Of a stretch of DNA of 64,000 bases, positions 40,036 through 52,021 are shown in pieces (the stretch's first letter is position 1; every line of letters begins with the position of its first letter). Location of the stretch: the NCBI GenBank assembly GCA_976226885.1, contig OZ320318.1, forward strand, positions 92,132,001 through 92,196,000. Reading direction: 5' to 3'. Made by a program: the position numbers and the translations under genes. This DNA comes from Iphione sp. A-MEVVRFRX5. Its lineage: Eukaryota. Below the pieces are notes generated by a model. The model saw nothing but the letters and a program-made list of their open reading frames with translations. It made no database searches and was not told where the DNA came from.

Positions 40036-40391
40036 GTGGTATATTATAACTCACACAGCTATAATTTTCACACTAATTGGCCTAGACAGACATTTCCTTT
40101 CTAAGGTTCCATATGGTGCAAGTTTCATGAAAATCCATGATTTAAAAATGGTTGTTTTGGGGCTGGACAAAGTTTATATGGTGCATTATAACATGATATG
40201 GTACTTTATGACATAAGTCACAGCTTTAATTTTCACAATAATTGGGCTAGAAAGACATTTCCTTTCTTAGGTCCTTAGCTTCCATATGGTACCAATTTCA
40301 TGAAAATCCATGAATTAAAAATTGTTTTGGGGCTGGACTAAGTTGATATGGTGCATTATAACATAATATGGTACATTATGACATAAGTCAC
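40036..40391. repeat. Tandem duplication, ~165-170-bp unit x2
   Basis: cacagct.taattttcaca at 40054 and 40219. Both copies contain tttcatgaaaatccatga and ttttggggctggac. Confidence 0.9.
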
Positions 40392-43300
40392 TTAATAAGC
40401 CACGTATTTCCATCAGTTAACTGGGATTAAATTCCCTTAAATGACTCTTACTCAGGTCAATCTGTCTCAATTTCGCAGATTTTGACAGGCTACTCTGTAC
40501 TTTGGATGAACCATAATTTATATATTCTTAATTCGGGCACAAATCCCTTTAAATAGCATTTACAACTTTACGTGCCTCGGCCGCTTTGTCTCTTAATCTA
40601 CTGGGAAACCTTCCTCCATGTCAATGCCTACTTTACGCAACTATATATTACATGCCCTCTTTCACGTGGAGCCGTGAAGGGGTTTCTGATGCGTCACTGT
40701 ACAACATAGCTCAAAGATAATCTGGTCCAATGGCTCATTTCAAGTACCTTACGATGCCCCATGGATTGCTCTTCCCTTGACCGATACTGTCTGTGAGATG
40801 AATTGATTTCACAGGTGGTTATTCTGGAGGACGAGTGAATGGTGTGTTAATTTCTGAAAGGAACATTGGAGTTAATCTTCATGTACATTTTCCTCTGCCT
40901 TTGCTCATATCCTGTAGTAATCCTTCTCACATAAATAGCAGCCATTTTCTCCCTTTTCAATATATCGTGATTCTGCCGACGGTAGTGGCGGTTGTGAAGT
41001 GGTATATAGTGAAGGACAAGCCTTGAAAGCCAAGATAGAGATACTGCAGGGACCGTTGAGAGAAATGGGGATAGTACTAGAGCCGCTTTTCTTGTAGATA
41101 GAGCAGTTTTCACGTCCGCAATGGCGACTTCAGAAGGCAAACTGGGGGAAAAGGTGTGGACATCGATATTTATGGTTGTGTGTCGAGCCTGAAGGTGGTA
41201 GTTTAATAACACCGTACGTATAGCAGCTCGATACATCCTGACAGGGAGTTGGTTCTTCACCCACTAAGCGGTGGGATGATTATGCTGAGCGTCTCATGGC
41301 GGGGCCGGCGCGGCGTGGCAGCAGGTGGTGCCGGATTTAAATATATTAAGTTGTATTAGCCTGATAAACAAACACGTGTCAAATTCAATTTAAATACAGA
41401 AACTAACGCAACGCCCACGTCGTGGCAGACCGATGGGCTTGCTGCTTCCACGGAGGGGGATAACTTGAAAGGACAAATATCATACAAGGAATTCTCCAGG
41501 CTAAGGTAGCGTTCACATGTATCTATGAAAAATATGGCTAAAATATGGCTACATGTCTGGAAGCGTAGTACCCCCTGTAGTGTCTGTATTTTAATTGCTC
41601 ACACGTGTTAACCAGATCGATTTTACTATTGCTTTCTATGTAATATGCATCTTTAGCCATAGAAAACCCATCCTTTACAGATTTGTAAAATATGTGTACA
41701 TGTCTGGAGATTACAGATATTGATAGATACTTGTACATCTGAGTGTTTTTCTTGATTACTACAGGATGGGTAAAAAGCTATGGCAATGAAGATGTAGACA
41801 TAGAAAAACAGATACATGTGAACAGCCCCTAAAGGTTGAACGATTAAATGACTCCATTGGCTCCAATGTATTTTTTTAACTAGTTTACGACGAGCATTCC
41901 ATGTCATAAGAATTTATGCTATAGATGTCGTTTTAAATGTTGAAGATACTCTCTTTATATAGGGCGCAAATGAACCAATCTTCCACGACACCTCGTTTCT
42001 ATTTCCTTTTTTTAAATATTAAGCTCTCGGTATCTTAAATGCCAGTTTTTAAGTAACCGAGAACATTGGAGAGTAAGCGCTAATTGTAATAAATCTCTCA
42101 CACATACACAGAGCTATCGCATTCTCCATGCAGAAGCATTTAATTTATAGTACGGAAAAGTATCCTTTACGCCTTCGCAAGGTTACATAAGATGAGATAA
42201 GACAAAATCAATTAACCCCTTCTACAAAAGCGGTCTTCACAGTGTAGACTGGAAAATTTATACACTTCCAACCCACATTTTGACTTAGAAAGGTAATGTA
42301 TGATGCTACTTTAAATTAGAATATGAACAAATAGTACTAGAGGGTTAAGAGATAAACTATGTAGTTTAGTGGAATTAAAGCTTGATTTACCCAAGGGTTA
42401 AGGTGTTGATTCTTAATGTTGGTCCAAAGGTTCATGCCCCAAAGGGCATGAACTATCAGACCAACAGACCGAATGCATACCTTAACCCTGTTCTGAGAAT
42501 GATAATGGTGACAAATGGATGAAATAGAAATATTACCAAAATAAGCTTGTTCTTGCATGGCTTTAGACACAAACGCTCTTGATTGCCACCATTCTGTTTA
42601 TTTATGTTTCAAATGAGGAATTTCATTGGTCAGAAAATGCTCTCCCGAATTCACGTTGGTGTGAGAATTCATTTTTGGATCACGTGACCTTCTTACGGGT
42701 TGTTGACATGAAACATAAAGATGCCATACTGGATTTGAAAGTGGTATGTATGTATCATATACACAAAGTTCATTTATTACTATTTTCTCCATTATATTGG
42801 TAGCATTTAAAAGCCATTTCAGTCTGTATATTCATCACATTACCGTCCTAAACTTTTCAGTCAAGTAGGTAAGGATTTGCCATTTTGATTTTTGTGATTT
42901 TTGCAAAACCAGTGACACAGTGTCTTATAAAGTTGTTCCCATAACTGGTCCAGAATCCGAAACCTCTTGAGAACAATCGTTACTAAGGGGCAATTCCCCA
43001 AAAATCATGACAACAGTGTATTTCCTTTCAACACCAAGTTGTCATGTTTTTTTTTCTGAAATGTTAAAGATGTTGATTAAATTTTGGCAATTGGCTAACA
43101 AAGTGATTATCCACAAGTATAGGATGAAACATAAGCATAAGCTTGTGTGGGTATTTCCCATACAAAAAGCGATTTAACACATGTACATGTACATGAATTG
43201 ATCGGTTATTTCCTTGTAAGCATCCCTGTCCAAGTCTGATTACTCATCAAATAAAACTTTATCAAATCACATGTGTGCGCATGTTGCAAAATTCACTATA

Positions 43301-43806
43301 TATGTACTTTAACGTAACTAGACAAACCAATGTAAAAACTACAAATATGTACAGTGCAACACTGATGTAAACATCAAAATACAACACGAGCTGGAGCTCC
43401 TTAGAAAGTCTGTACAAACTGTGATAATCCATCTCCACATTCTGAAAACCTGACATCAAGATCTTTGCTGAAGATGTATTCTTGTTGACAGAAGAATTTT
43501 CATACAGATGTCATAAATTGCTGTATCATCAAAATGATAATACAATATACCCATTATCTGTATATGCAGATGTTTGCATAGAAGTCAATTTTTTTTCTGA
43601 CCAAGGATACTTCGGTCCCCCTGTTCTGCTTTATATCGTTTGGGTTGAAATAATGATATATGATATCGCTTTTGAGACCTGCCTGTCAATATAAGGATGG
43701 ATCTATATGTATTCATGTGGAATCAGACTTAAATCACTCAGCCCCAAATAACCATACATGCATTACCTGGGATCTTATTTGCAATGTTGCTTTCTCCTCT
43801 TTTTGT

Positions 43807-44291
43807 CCCCTGCCTCATAGACAGGGGGACCTTAGGAACGCTGCTGGCTGACGGTCTGACCTTCTGTCACACTCTTGTGGATCCTATAAGTCTAAAACCC
43901 TTGAGTGAAATGAACTGATTTTGATATATGATTCTTATGCATTTGAACCCATGACGCAGGTAATTGTGATAGTAATTCAATTATTATAAATGGAAACTTA
44001 TGTCAATTTTTCTCTTTTGCTAACATACTCACCAATATACATAACTTGTTCAGGGATTCCTAGGTCTGACAATGCACTCACATGCACACACACACACACA
44101 CTCACCAATACAGTCTGCCCAGGCGAGGTCAAGTTAGAGGCCCTTCCCTCCATGGCCAGGGCCTTTGCAATTAAGGCAGGCCAAGCCCAGTCATTCAATC
44201 AAGGCTGTTTTGATTGCTCTTTCAGGTGCTACTGAGTAGATTGCCACTTGGGGGTGGGGGACAATGGACCTTGCAGGTCCACACTCTTGTT
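43807..44291 (+). mobile_element. Dispersed repeat, copy 2 (copy 1 at 24189-24644)
   Basis: Colinear similarity to 24189-24644. Confidence 0.8.
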
Positions 44292-44545
44292 CATGCTACT
44301 ATAACCTCCCTAGCAAATCAAACATTTTTTTTCAAAAAACAAACCCGCTTCGGTTAAGTAGGGTTGATTGTAATTGTGTTTCTAAATGGCGGACGTATGC
44401 CAGGTTTGCATATGCACATGTAGACTTATGGTTGTGTCCGGGAGTACAAAGTGTCACATATGGAAGTTTAAGGTTTATGAGGTTTATTGATCACTTCTTT
44501 GGTACAAAGAACAAAACATCATTAAGGATTAAAAAGCCAAATATA

Positions 44546-44721
44546 CAGTCGAAACCCTATTTACAACTGCATCGATTTCCCACCATTCGTGCTCTTACGA
44601 CCATTTGAGGTGGGAACTAAAGTATTGATTTCTATAATTAACAATAAATTTAGAACCAAATTTGCTATTACAACCAGTTGAGCTTGGTCCGGACGGGTGG
44701 TTGTGAATATTGTTTTGACTG
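44546..44721. mobile_element. TA-flanked MITE, 176 bp
   Basis: ta|cagtcgaaac ... gttttgactg|ta. Internally similar to 26397-26574. Confidence 0.78.
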
Positions 44722-45604
44722 TATACAGATAGCAGAAGAGGCTACAGATCAACGCAGTAATTCAATTCTCTGCAGATGGCAACTTTCGAAGTCTCATCTG
44801 ATGTTAGTCTGTATAGTCTCTTAAATGGAAAGTCAGCTTGCACTTACAAGTTACTTAACATGCAGCATCAGTGGTTGTTTACCAACCTCTGGTGAAAAAA
44901 GAACCACTACTTACCATTTCTTAGCGGCGTTAGCCTGATCAGTGTATGCATAGTGCTAAAGTGCGTTGCTGTGTAGATTAAGTGTACATATGGTAATTGT
45001 GTAATCAATGCGACATTAAATATGTGCCTCATGTTTGCTTATCTTATCCGTCCCGATGCGTGTCCTCGTTGATAAACTCAACTGATTTGCATAGTAAATT
45101 GACTCTTCAGCGAGCAGGTGAAAAAAGCCATTACGATGTGTTTTTTAAAAAAATGTAGTTTTCAAACTATGTTGGGAAATGATGTGTTTTTATTGGTTGA
45201 AAAATCCATTATGATATCAGAAGTAGCAGAAAACATCACATTGTAGCGTATTTTTTATTAGAACTCCGCGAAACTTTTTTGCTCTATTGTTTTTTTTTAT
45301 TTCTCAACACGAAGACCTCTGTACAATTAACCGGAGATGGTTGAATAAAACTTGAAGCATCACTTGCAGAGCAACCTTATGGCTTTGAAACATAGTTTGA
45401 AGGTACCCGGATAAACAGGAGCATAATTAATGGTCATTTATCCGTTTCCGTAGGACTTAACCATACGACAGGATATCTTGATTTGAATTTTCCTCGTGAT
45501 CTAGCTATACAGGAATGAATGTACTCGCATATTTGAATAGTGTACTGTCTATATATTGCATTCAAAATATTTCGCCGCCGACAGTATTGACACACGCGCT
45601 TGCA

Positions 45605-45606
<2 letters not shown>

Positions 45607-45641
<35 letters not shown>
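45607..45641. repeat. (AC)n microsatellite
   Basis: AC run. Confidence 0.95.
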
Positions 45642-45644
<3 letters not shown>

Positions 45645-46214
45645 AACAGACAGATATGCTGTGGGGGGGGGCTCCCCCGGGGGGACTGCCGCTCGCCACC
45701 ACTTACCCACACCTAACATACACATACCCACCGCCTTATGGGCTCGTTTCCTATGCTCTACATGACCCCCGAGACCACGCCTACTCGGCCCCTCTCACCC
45801 CCCCCCCACCACCACCACCTACTCGCCTCTACTCGTAGCGAGCAGCTCGCGGCGCCATCTCGCGGCCGGGTGGTCAGTTGCTCGGCGCCGCATACCGGCA
45901 GATAAACTTGATGATTCCGGACAGGGCCTCCCCTTTCGTTCGGCAGGCCGACCCCTGGCGCAGACCCGGCGAACTGTGCATGCGTGACCGGAAACAGATG
46001 TCCACGCCCCATCCTCCATCCGGCCACCGACCCGCCCGCCCCCTGACGGGAGGCCGAGGTATAATGCCGGCTCTATGTTTAGGCGGGTTATGTACACTGG
46101 ACTTCCACTTGAGGCTTAGGAACTCTCCCATACGGGGACCTTTTGCAGTAGTGATGTTGTAATCCAGTCGAGTTGGGCCTGAGGGACACGGTGGAAACAG
46201 ATATCAAGAAGGAT

Positions 46215-46690
46215 TCTAGTAGCTCCCTTTGTTAGTTCATTCTAGGAGCTTCGTATGTTAGCTCACTCTAGACACTCTCTATTTAAGCTCATTCGAGGGA
46301 CTTTGTATGTTAGCTGATTCTAAGGACTTTGTATGTTAGCATATTCTAGAAGCTTCGTATATTACCTCATTCTAAGAGTTCTGTATATTAGCTGATTCTA
46401 GTAGTGCCATATGGCAGCTCATTCTAGGGGCTCCGTCTGTTTGCTAAATCTAGTAGCTCTGTATGTTAATTCTAGGAGCTTGATGAGTTAGCTCATTTGA
46501 GGACCTCCTTATGTTAGCTTATTCTAAGAGCTCTGTACGTTAGTTTATTTTAGGAGCTCCATATGTAAGCTGATTCTGGTTGGTCTGTATGTTTATTTTA
46601 GGAACTTCATGTGTTAGGTCATTTGAGGTGTTCTATATGCTAGCTCATTCTAGGAGCTCTATATTTTAGCAAATTCTAGAAGCTGTGTGT
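46215..46690. repeat. Degenerate 26-bp minisatellite (gtatgttagctcattctaggagctct), ~18 units
   Basis: Period 26, e.g. ctttgtatg at 46301 and 46327. Confidence 0.85.
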
Positions 46691-47373
46691 GCTATTTCCT
46701 CTGCAAAATGCTTGGTAGTACATATATTTCAGGCACTTCTTCCTTCGCATCCTTAAATTGATCCCCGAGGGATAAAAACATTTTTCCTATATCCCTCTGC
46801 ATTTCTCTCACCGTGTTTGAAGCAACCTCTCCTTCTCTGATTGCTTTGCCTATCACTTCCTGACTGCTGCTGATACATATATCAGTTATATTTGTAGGAG
46901 TTGAAAAAAGTACTCCCATCGAGCGGATGAAAATAGACATTTGGCACGCACAGGCTTGCGATTTTCCAGTGCAGACCACAGAATATATCAACTGCAAGGC
47001 AGTACTTCAGTATGCCACAACAAGTTTCCCCACCCGTACAAATTGAACCCTTCAGTGGTCGTTTTTTCCCCTCTCCCTTCAGTGTAGACGCAGCAGAAAG
47101 ACCCTGTTCCTATTCCAGGCACAAAACCGCCAGCTTCAGGTAGGCGGGGAGCTGTAACGATGTACCCGGGCCAGAAGCGACGCCCTGGCTTCTCACTTAA
47201 AGGGGGGAGGGGGTAAAGCCTGTGGCAGCCCCTCGGGAGGGGGGGACTGGGTTGAGGGGGCCGTATCCAATGTGAAGTACACCCCCCTCCTTCCCCCCCC
47301 CCTTTGGCGACCGACTGATAAGACTGCCGGATCACACCGCAATACCTATTGAAGGGGGAATTGGATGGTAGGA

Positions 47374-47772
47374 GTTGACTGTATGGTGGGGAGAGAAACG
47401 GGATGTTAGAACACATGAAGAGGACAGGCGCCTGCTGGTAACAGTTGACTGTATGGTGGGGAGAGAAAACGGATGTTAGAACACATGAAGAGGACAGACG
47501 CCTGCTGGTAAGAGCTGACTGCATGGTCGGGAGAGAAACGGGATGTTAGAACACACAAAGAAGACAGATGCCTACTGGTAACAGTTGACTGTATGGTAGG
47601 GAGAGAAACGGGATGTTAGAACACACAAAGAGGACAGACGCCTGCTGGTAACAGCTGACTGTATGGTGGGGCAAGAAAAGGATAATAGAACATGTGCAGA
47701 GGACGGGTGTCTGCTGGTAGGAGTTGGCTGTATGGTTGGATAAGTAAGGGATGTTAAGACACACGAAGAGGA
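47374..47772. repeat. 70-bp tandem repeat, ~6 units
   Basis: gttgactgtatggt recurs at 47374, 47444, 47514, 47584, 47654 and about 47723. Confidence 0.93.
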
Positions 47773-48701
47773 ATTTAGTTCTTAGGTCTCAACTATCTGA
47801 CGTGGCAAGAACTCTTGGCTATAAAAGATTACTAGAAACTTCATCTCACACAAATTGGACACAAATCTCATGCTCAATTCCAAATAGATGCTCAATCGGT
47901 GTTTGATTCTAAGGTTTTAGCGACGCTGAATGGTGGAATGTGAAATGCTAGTTTGATGTTAACACCAATAACTTTGTCCTAATCTTTGCTGTTTGGTGTC
48001 GTGGATCGAGAGCAGTTTCTCTCCAGGAACCCGAAATATTTTGTGAAACGAGGCAAGACATGTGACCAGCTGTATCCGGTTTACTTATCGGTTTACTTCC
48101 GGTATCATATCAACCGATGCGTTGAAAACCACTCTTCATACGAAGAACGCATTCGTTCCTCGTAGCGAAATTGATCAGTTACTTCAACTCGGATGCCGCA
48201 GTTCTCTTTTTATAAAGATCTCCTTTTCCTGACGAGGTTAGTGACACTTGTTGAGAACTGATGACAGATTGTGAGCATGGTTCAGTGGATTACTTCAGAT
48301 CGAAATAATCCAACAACGTACACACGTAAATGCCTTCTGCGTTGCATTTAGTGATAGACGGACAGCATTTTCTATGGCGCATTGCTTAGTTGTCATTCAA
48401 TGATGAAAATGATCATTTTGTGTATTTCCGGTAACTCTGAGTGGGTAAAACATGTAGTAAATATGACATTATTGTTACGCATTGACAATGTGCATCAAGA
48501 TTATTCACAAGTTTATATATTGTAAAGCCAATTTATATCAGCAAAAGGGACGGCGAACGTCTCATGTTTGATTCACACTCGACGGGGCTCCCCCGGTGTC
48601 CAATATGACCTGATTTGTACTTGCTTGATCGTGACCAGGGTACGCACAGACGGCTAGCCTAACTCACCACCTTAGACGTCCCCAGTACCCGATGTCCAAC
48701 A

Positions 48702-49520
48702 CATAGATGCCTTAAGAATACGTCGACCCAATGACAGATATCAGAAACATAGATGCCTTAAGAATACATCCCCAACACCAGAACTCCGGGCCATAGATGC
48801 CTTACAGTTATGTAACCAATGACAGACATAAGAAACATAGATGCCTTAAGAATACATCCCCAACACCAGAACTCCAGGCCATAGATGCCTTATGGTTATG
48901 TCACCAATGACAGACATCAGAAACATAGATGCCTTAAGGACACATCCCCAACACCAGAACTCCAGGCCATAGATGCCTTACGGTTATGTCACCAATGACA
49001 GACAACAGAAACATAGATGCCTTAAGGACACATCCCCAACACCAGAACCCCAGGCCATAGATGCCTTACGGTTATGTCACCAATGACAGACATCAGAAAC
49101 ATAGATGCCTTAAGGATACATCCCCAACACCAGAACTCCAGGCCATAGATGCCTTACGGTTATGTCACCAATGGCAAACCTCCAGGATATAGATGCCTTA
49201 TGATTGTCACCAATGACATCAGAAACACAGATGCCTTAAGAGTACATCCCCAACACCACACCTTCGTGACATAGATGCCTTCAGAATAGGTCCCAATGCC
49301 AGACCTATGAGACATAGATGCCTTTGAGAATACATCCTTAACACCAGACCCCCAGGACATAGATGCCTTAAGAGTACGCCCCCCAGCACCAAACCTCCGG
49401 AACATAGATGCCTGAAGAATAGGTCCCCAACACCAGAAATCCAGGACACACCAAAGCTCCTGGATTGGATGCCTTAAAAACACATCGCAATATCGCACCT
49501 ACAGGACACAGATGCCTCAG
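48702..49520. repeat. 44-bp minisatellite with an 88-bp A/B higher-order repeat; conserved core CATAGATGCCTTA
   Basis: The core recurs every 44 bp from 48748 to 49188 with two alternating spacer types. About 19 cores in total. Confidence 0.93.
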
Positions 49521-50682
49521 AAATGCATTTCTGTATGTGTCTCTGTTCAAAAGTGTCCGAATTTTACCCATCGCCTGAGAGTGGTAGACCCAGCTACGAC
49601 GAGGGGCAGGTTTCCTGGAAAATCAAACATCATGATTGGTTGAGAGACTATTATGATATCACAAAGGGTACAATATCTTCTGTCGTATCAGGCCAGCTCA
49701 CATTCCAGCAACAGGTCAATTCTATTGTGTTACTGATTTTCCGGTGTAAACTGTTAAGAGCCTTTTTGTATTTGTGATAAAACGCCTCAAAGAACCTTTA
49801 TTTTTTATACCGATGTGTGCATCATGACATCATCATGTCCTCCAACCTGCATCGCTCAATATGGCTACAAATGCGGTCTGAATTATTTCCTCCCCCTTCC
49901 CTACCTAATGGTCGTTCCTCGGACGCAGAAATGGAGACGTTTTCTCATGAACGACTGAGTCTTCGCTATTAAGACTCTTCATTGTGGTAGTTCTCCTTAG
50001 AAACAGTAGCAAGAATGTCTCCAGCCTTAAACCGCTTATTAAACAAACCCGTTTAGTTAATCCCCATACCGTCCCACATATTAGATACCATTGCTTATTT
50101 CTTTTTCTCCTATAATGCCGCTGGCTTCTTGGGCTTCATAATCCTACAACAGAAAGAGAGAGAGACTTATTCTCAAGATGGATGTTAATACTCCTTAATT
50201 CCACTCCTCTACCAGGTTCTCGCCATTCTGTTTCACTTGTCCCCCGTTCTTCCGGTCGACAGACGAAGCTCAAAGCTGAAGGTACCACCGACCACAAGCG
50301 CCCCTGCCTCCCCCTCCGGCCTCCCTCCTCCACCCCCCTCCCACCACCTCCACCGCTCCCCCCCTCCCACCTGCCCTTCCAGCCAGTCAGGCGGGATGAC
50401 CATCGCCTTTCGCCGTGACACAGCGTGGGGCTGGCCGGGTCTCCAGGGCCGTCTCGCCCGACATCCTTATCTCCTGGATGCAGCTGGGATAGTCTGATCT
50501 TCTCTCCCGGAGGAGGAAGACCCCCCCTCCCCCCTCCCCTTCCCCCTCCCCCCCGCTAGGCAGGCCAGCCATCCCACAGTCATGACAAGAATACCCCATT
50601 TATTCCCCTATCTATTCGACTCACCTCACCAATCAGCCCTACTGCGCTCTACTGCCTTATTGAAGAAGCCACTTCTGCCTCG

Positions 50683-50750
50683 GCCTCCTCCTCCTCCTCC
50701 TCCTCCTCCTCCTCCTCCCCCTCCTCCTCCTCCTCCACCTCCTCCTCCAC
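50683..50750. repeat. (CCT)n microsatellite
   Basis: CCT run. Confidence 0.95.
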
Positions 50751-51765
50751 TTTCATATTTAGCCACTCGCCTGGTTTGGGAGGGGGCCTTCGATTTCCCC
50801 TTTTTTTATATTCTCCCTTTTCTCCCCCCCCCCACCGAGCTTGTCTATAAATATCATGTCTTTTCTGACGGAAGAAATCTGACAGTGGCAGGCAAACAGG
50901 TTCAATTGATTATGTCCATCAGTGGATTTCGAGATAGCAACCGACTGTCACGGAGGATTTATTCTACAGTGACAGGAGTAACAGTAGTGTCCGTATACGT
51001 TGACTGTCCTTCCCATAACCTTCGTAGAATTCTTAATATTTTCACAAAATATTCAGCATAAAGCATCGTACGTAATACATGTATTAGGGAGGAGGTGGGG
51101 AAGTTCTTTTTGCTCAGTGGTGTGCTACTGAGGTGTGGCAAGCCAGCAATGGTTCACCCTTAGATGTACTTGTTTGCGAATTTAAACTTGCTTGCAAATA
51201 ACGTAATGGGGTGGGGCCAGTGTTTTTATCCACATTTCTAATACGGTTTTGAAAGTGTCTCATCGGGTACATTTTTATGTATTTCTTCTTTGTTATTAGT
51301 ATTATGTGGGATGGGATCAGTTTTTTGTAAAAACAAATTCTGTTCAATGTATTCGGAAAGTTCACAGTCTGTTTCTATAGGATTTTCTATAGGATCGTAC
51401 ATAATGTCATATATCTATACCCGGCTGTACAATGATCCACGTTGCACTGAATACTGCGTTCTGTTATATGAGACACCCTGCCAACATTGATATGACTTTC
51501 CTCTACAAGTCCGCTTAACTGGCACGAACTCAGACGTAGATACGTATAAAGCAATTATTTGATATCACCTTATCCATTTCTTTCATTTCGGGACGTAATG
51601 TACCCAGCAAAGACATTTTGATATCACGCACGTCAATCAAATACTAGTATTACAGGGTCTCATTTTGAATTGCACTTCGCCAATGATAGCAAATCTTATC
51701 ATCTGTCATACTGCTCGGCTCCCATGTCTGGTTTCAATATTATACACCAGTCATGAACGACTCTG

Positions 51766-51924
51766 TCCTCGTCTAAGGACACCATATTGGTTTACCGCTA
51801 CAAATTCACCTCATTCACTAATCCCACCCATTTCTTCCTTTCTCCAGTGACTGGCTGCCCTGATATACGCACTCCTACCAGTGCCTACATAACCCAGGAT
51901 GGCTATAACGCTGTTGTTGTGTGA
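51766..51924 (+). pseudogene. Duplicated acceptor plus 5' fragment of the Sushi-like exon (pseudo-exon ending in TGA)
   Basis: 51766-51917 matches 51940-52091 (offset 174). The acceptor AG ends at 51847. Translates as VTGCPDIRTPTSAYITQDGYNAVVV*, with the stop at 51922-51924. Confidence 0.9.
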
Positions 51925-52021
51925 TTACGAAAAATACCATCCTCATCTAAGGACACCATATTGGTTTACCACTACAAATTCTCCTCATTCATTAATCCCA
52001 CCCAACTCTGCTTCTCTCCAG

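Noticed and set aside
48702-49520. CRISPR array (constant repeat with spacers)
   Set aside because: The spacers are homologous and alternate, the repeat is only 13 bp, there are no cas genes, and the context is eukaryotic with spliceosomal introns.
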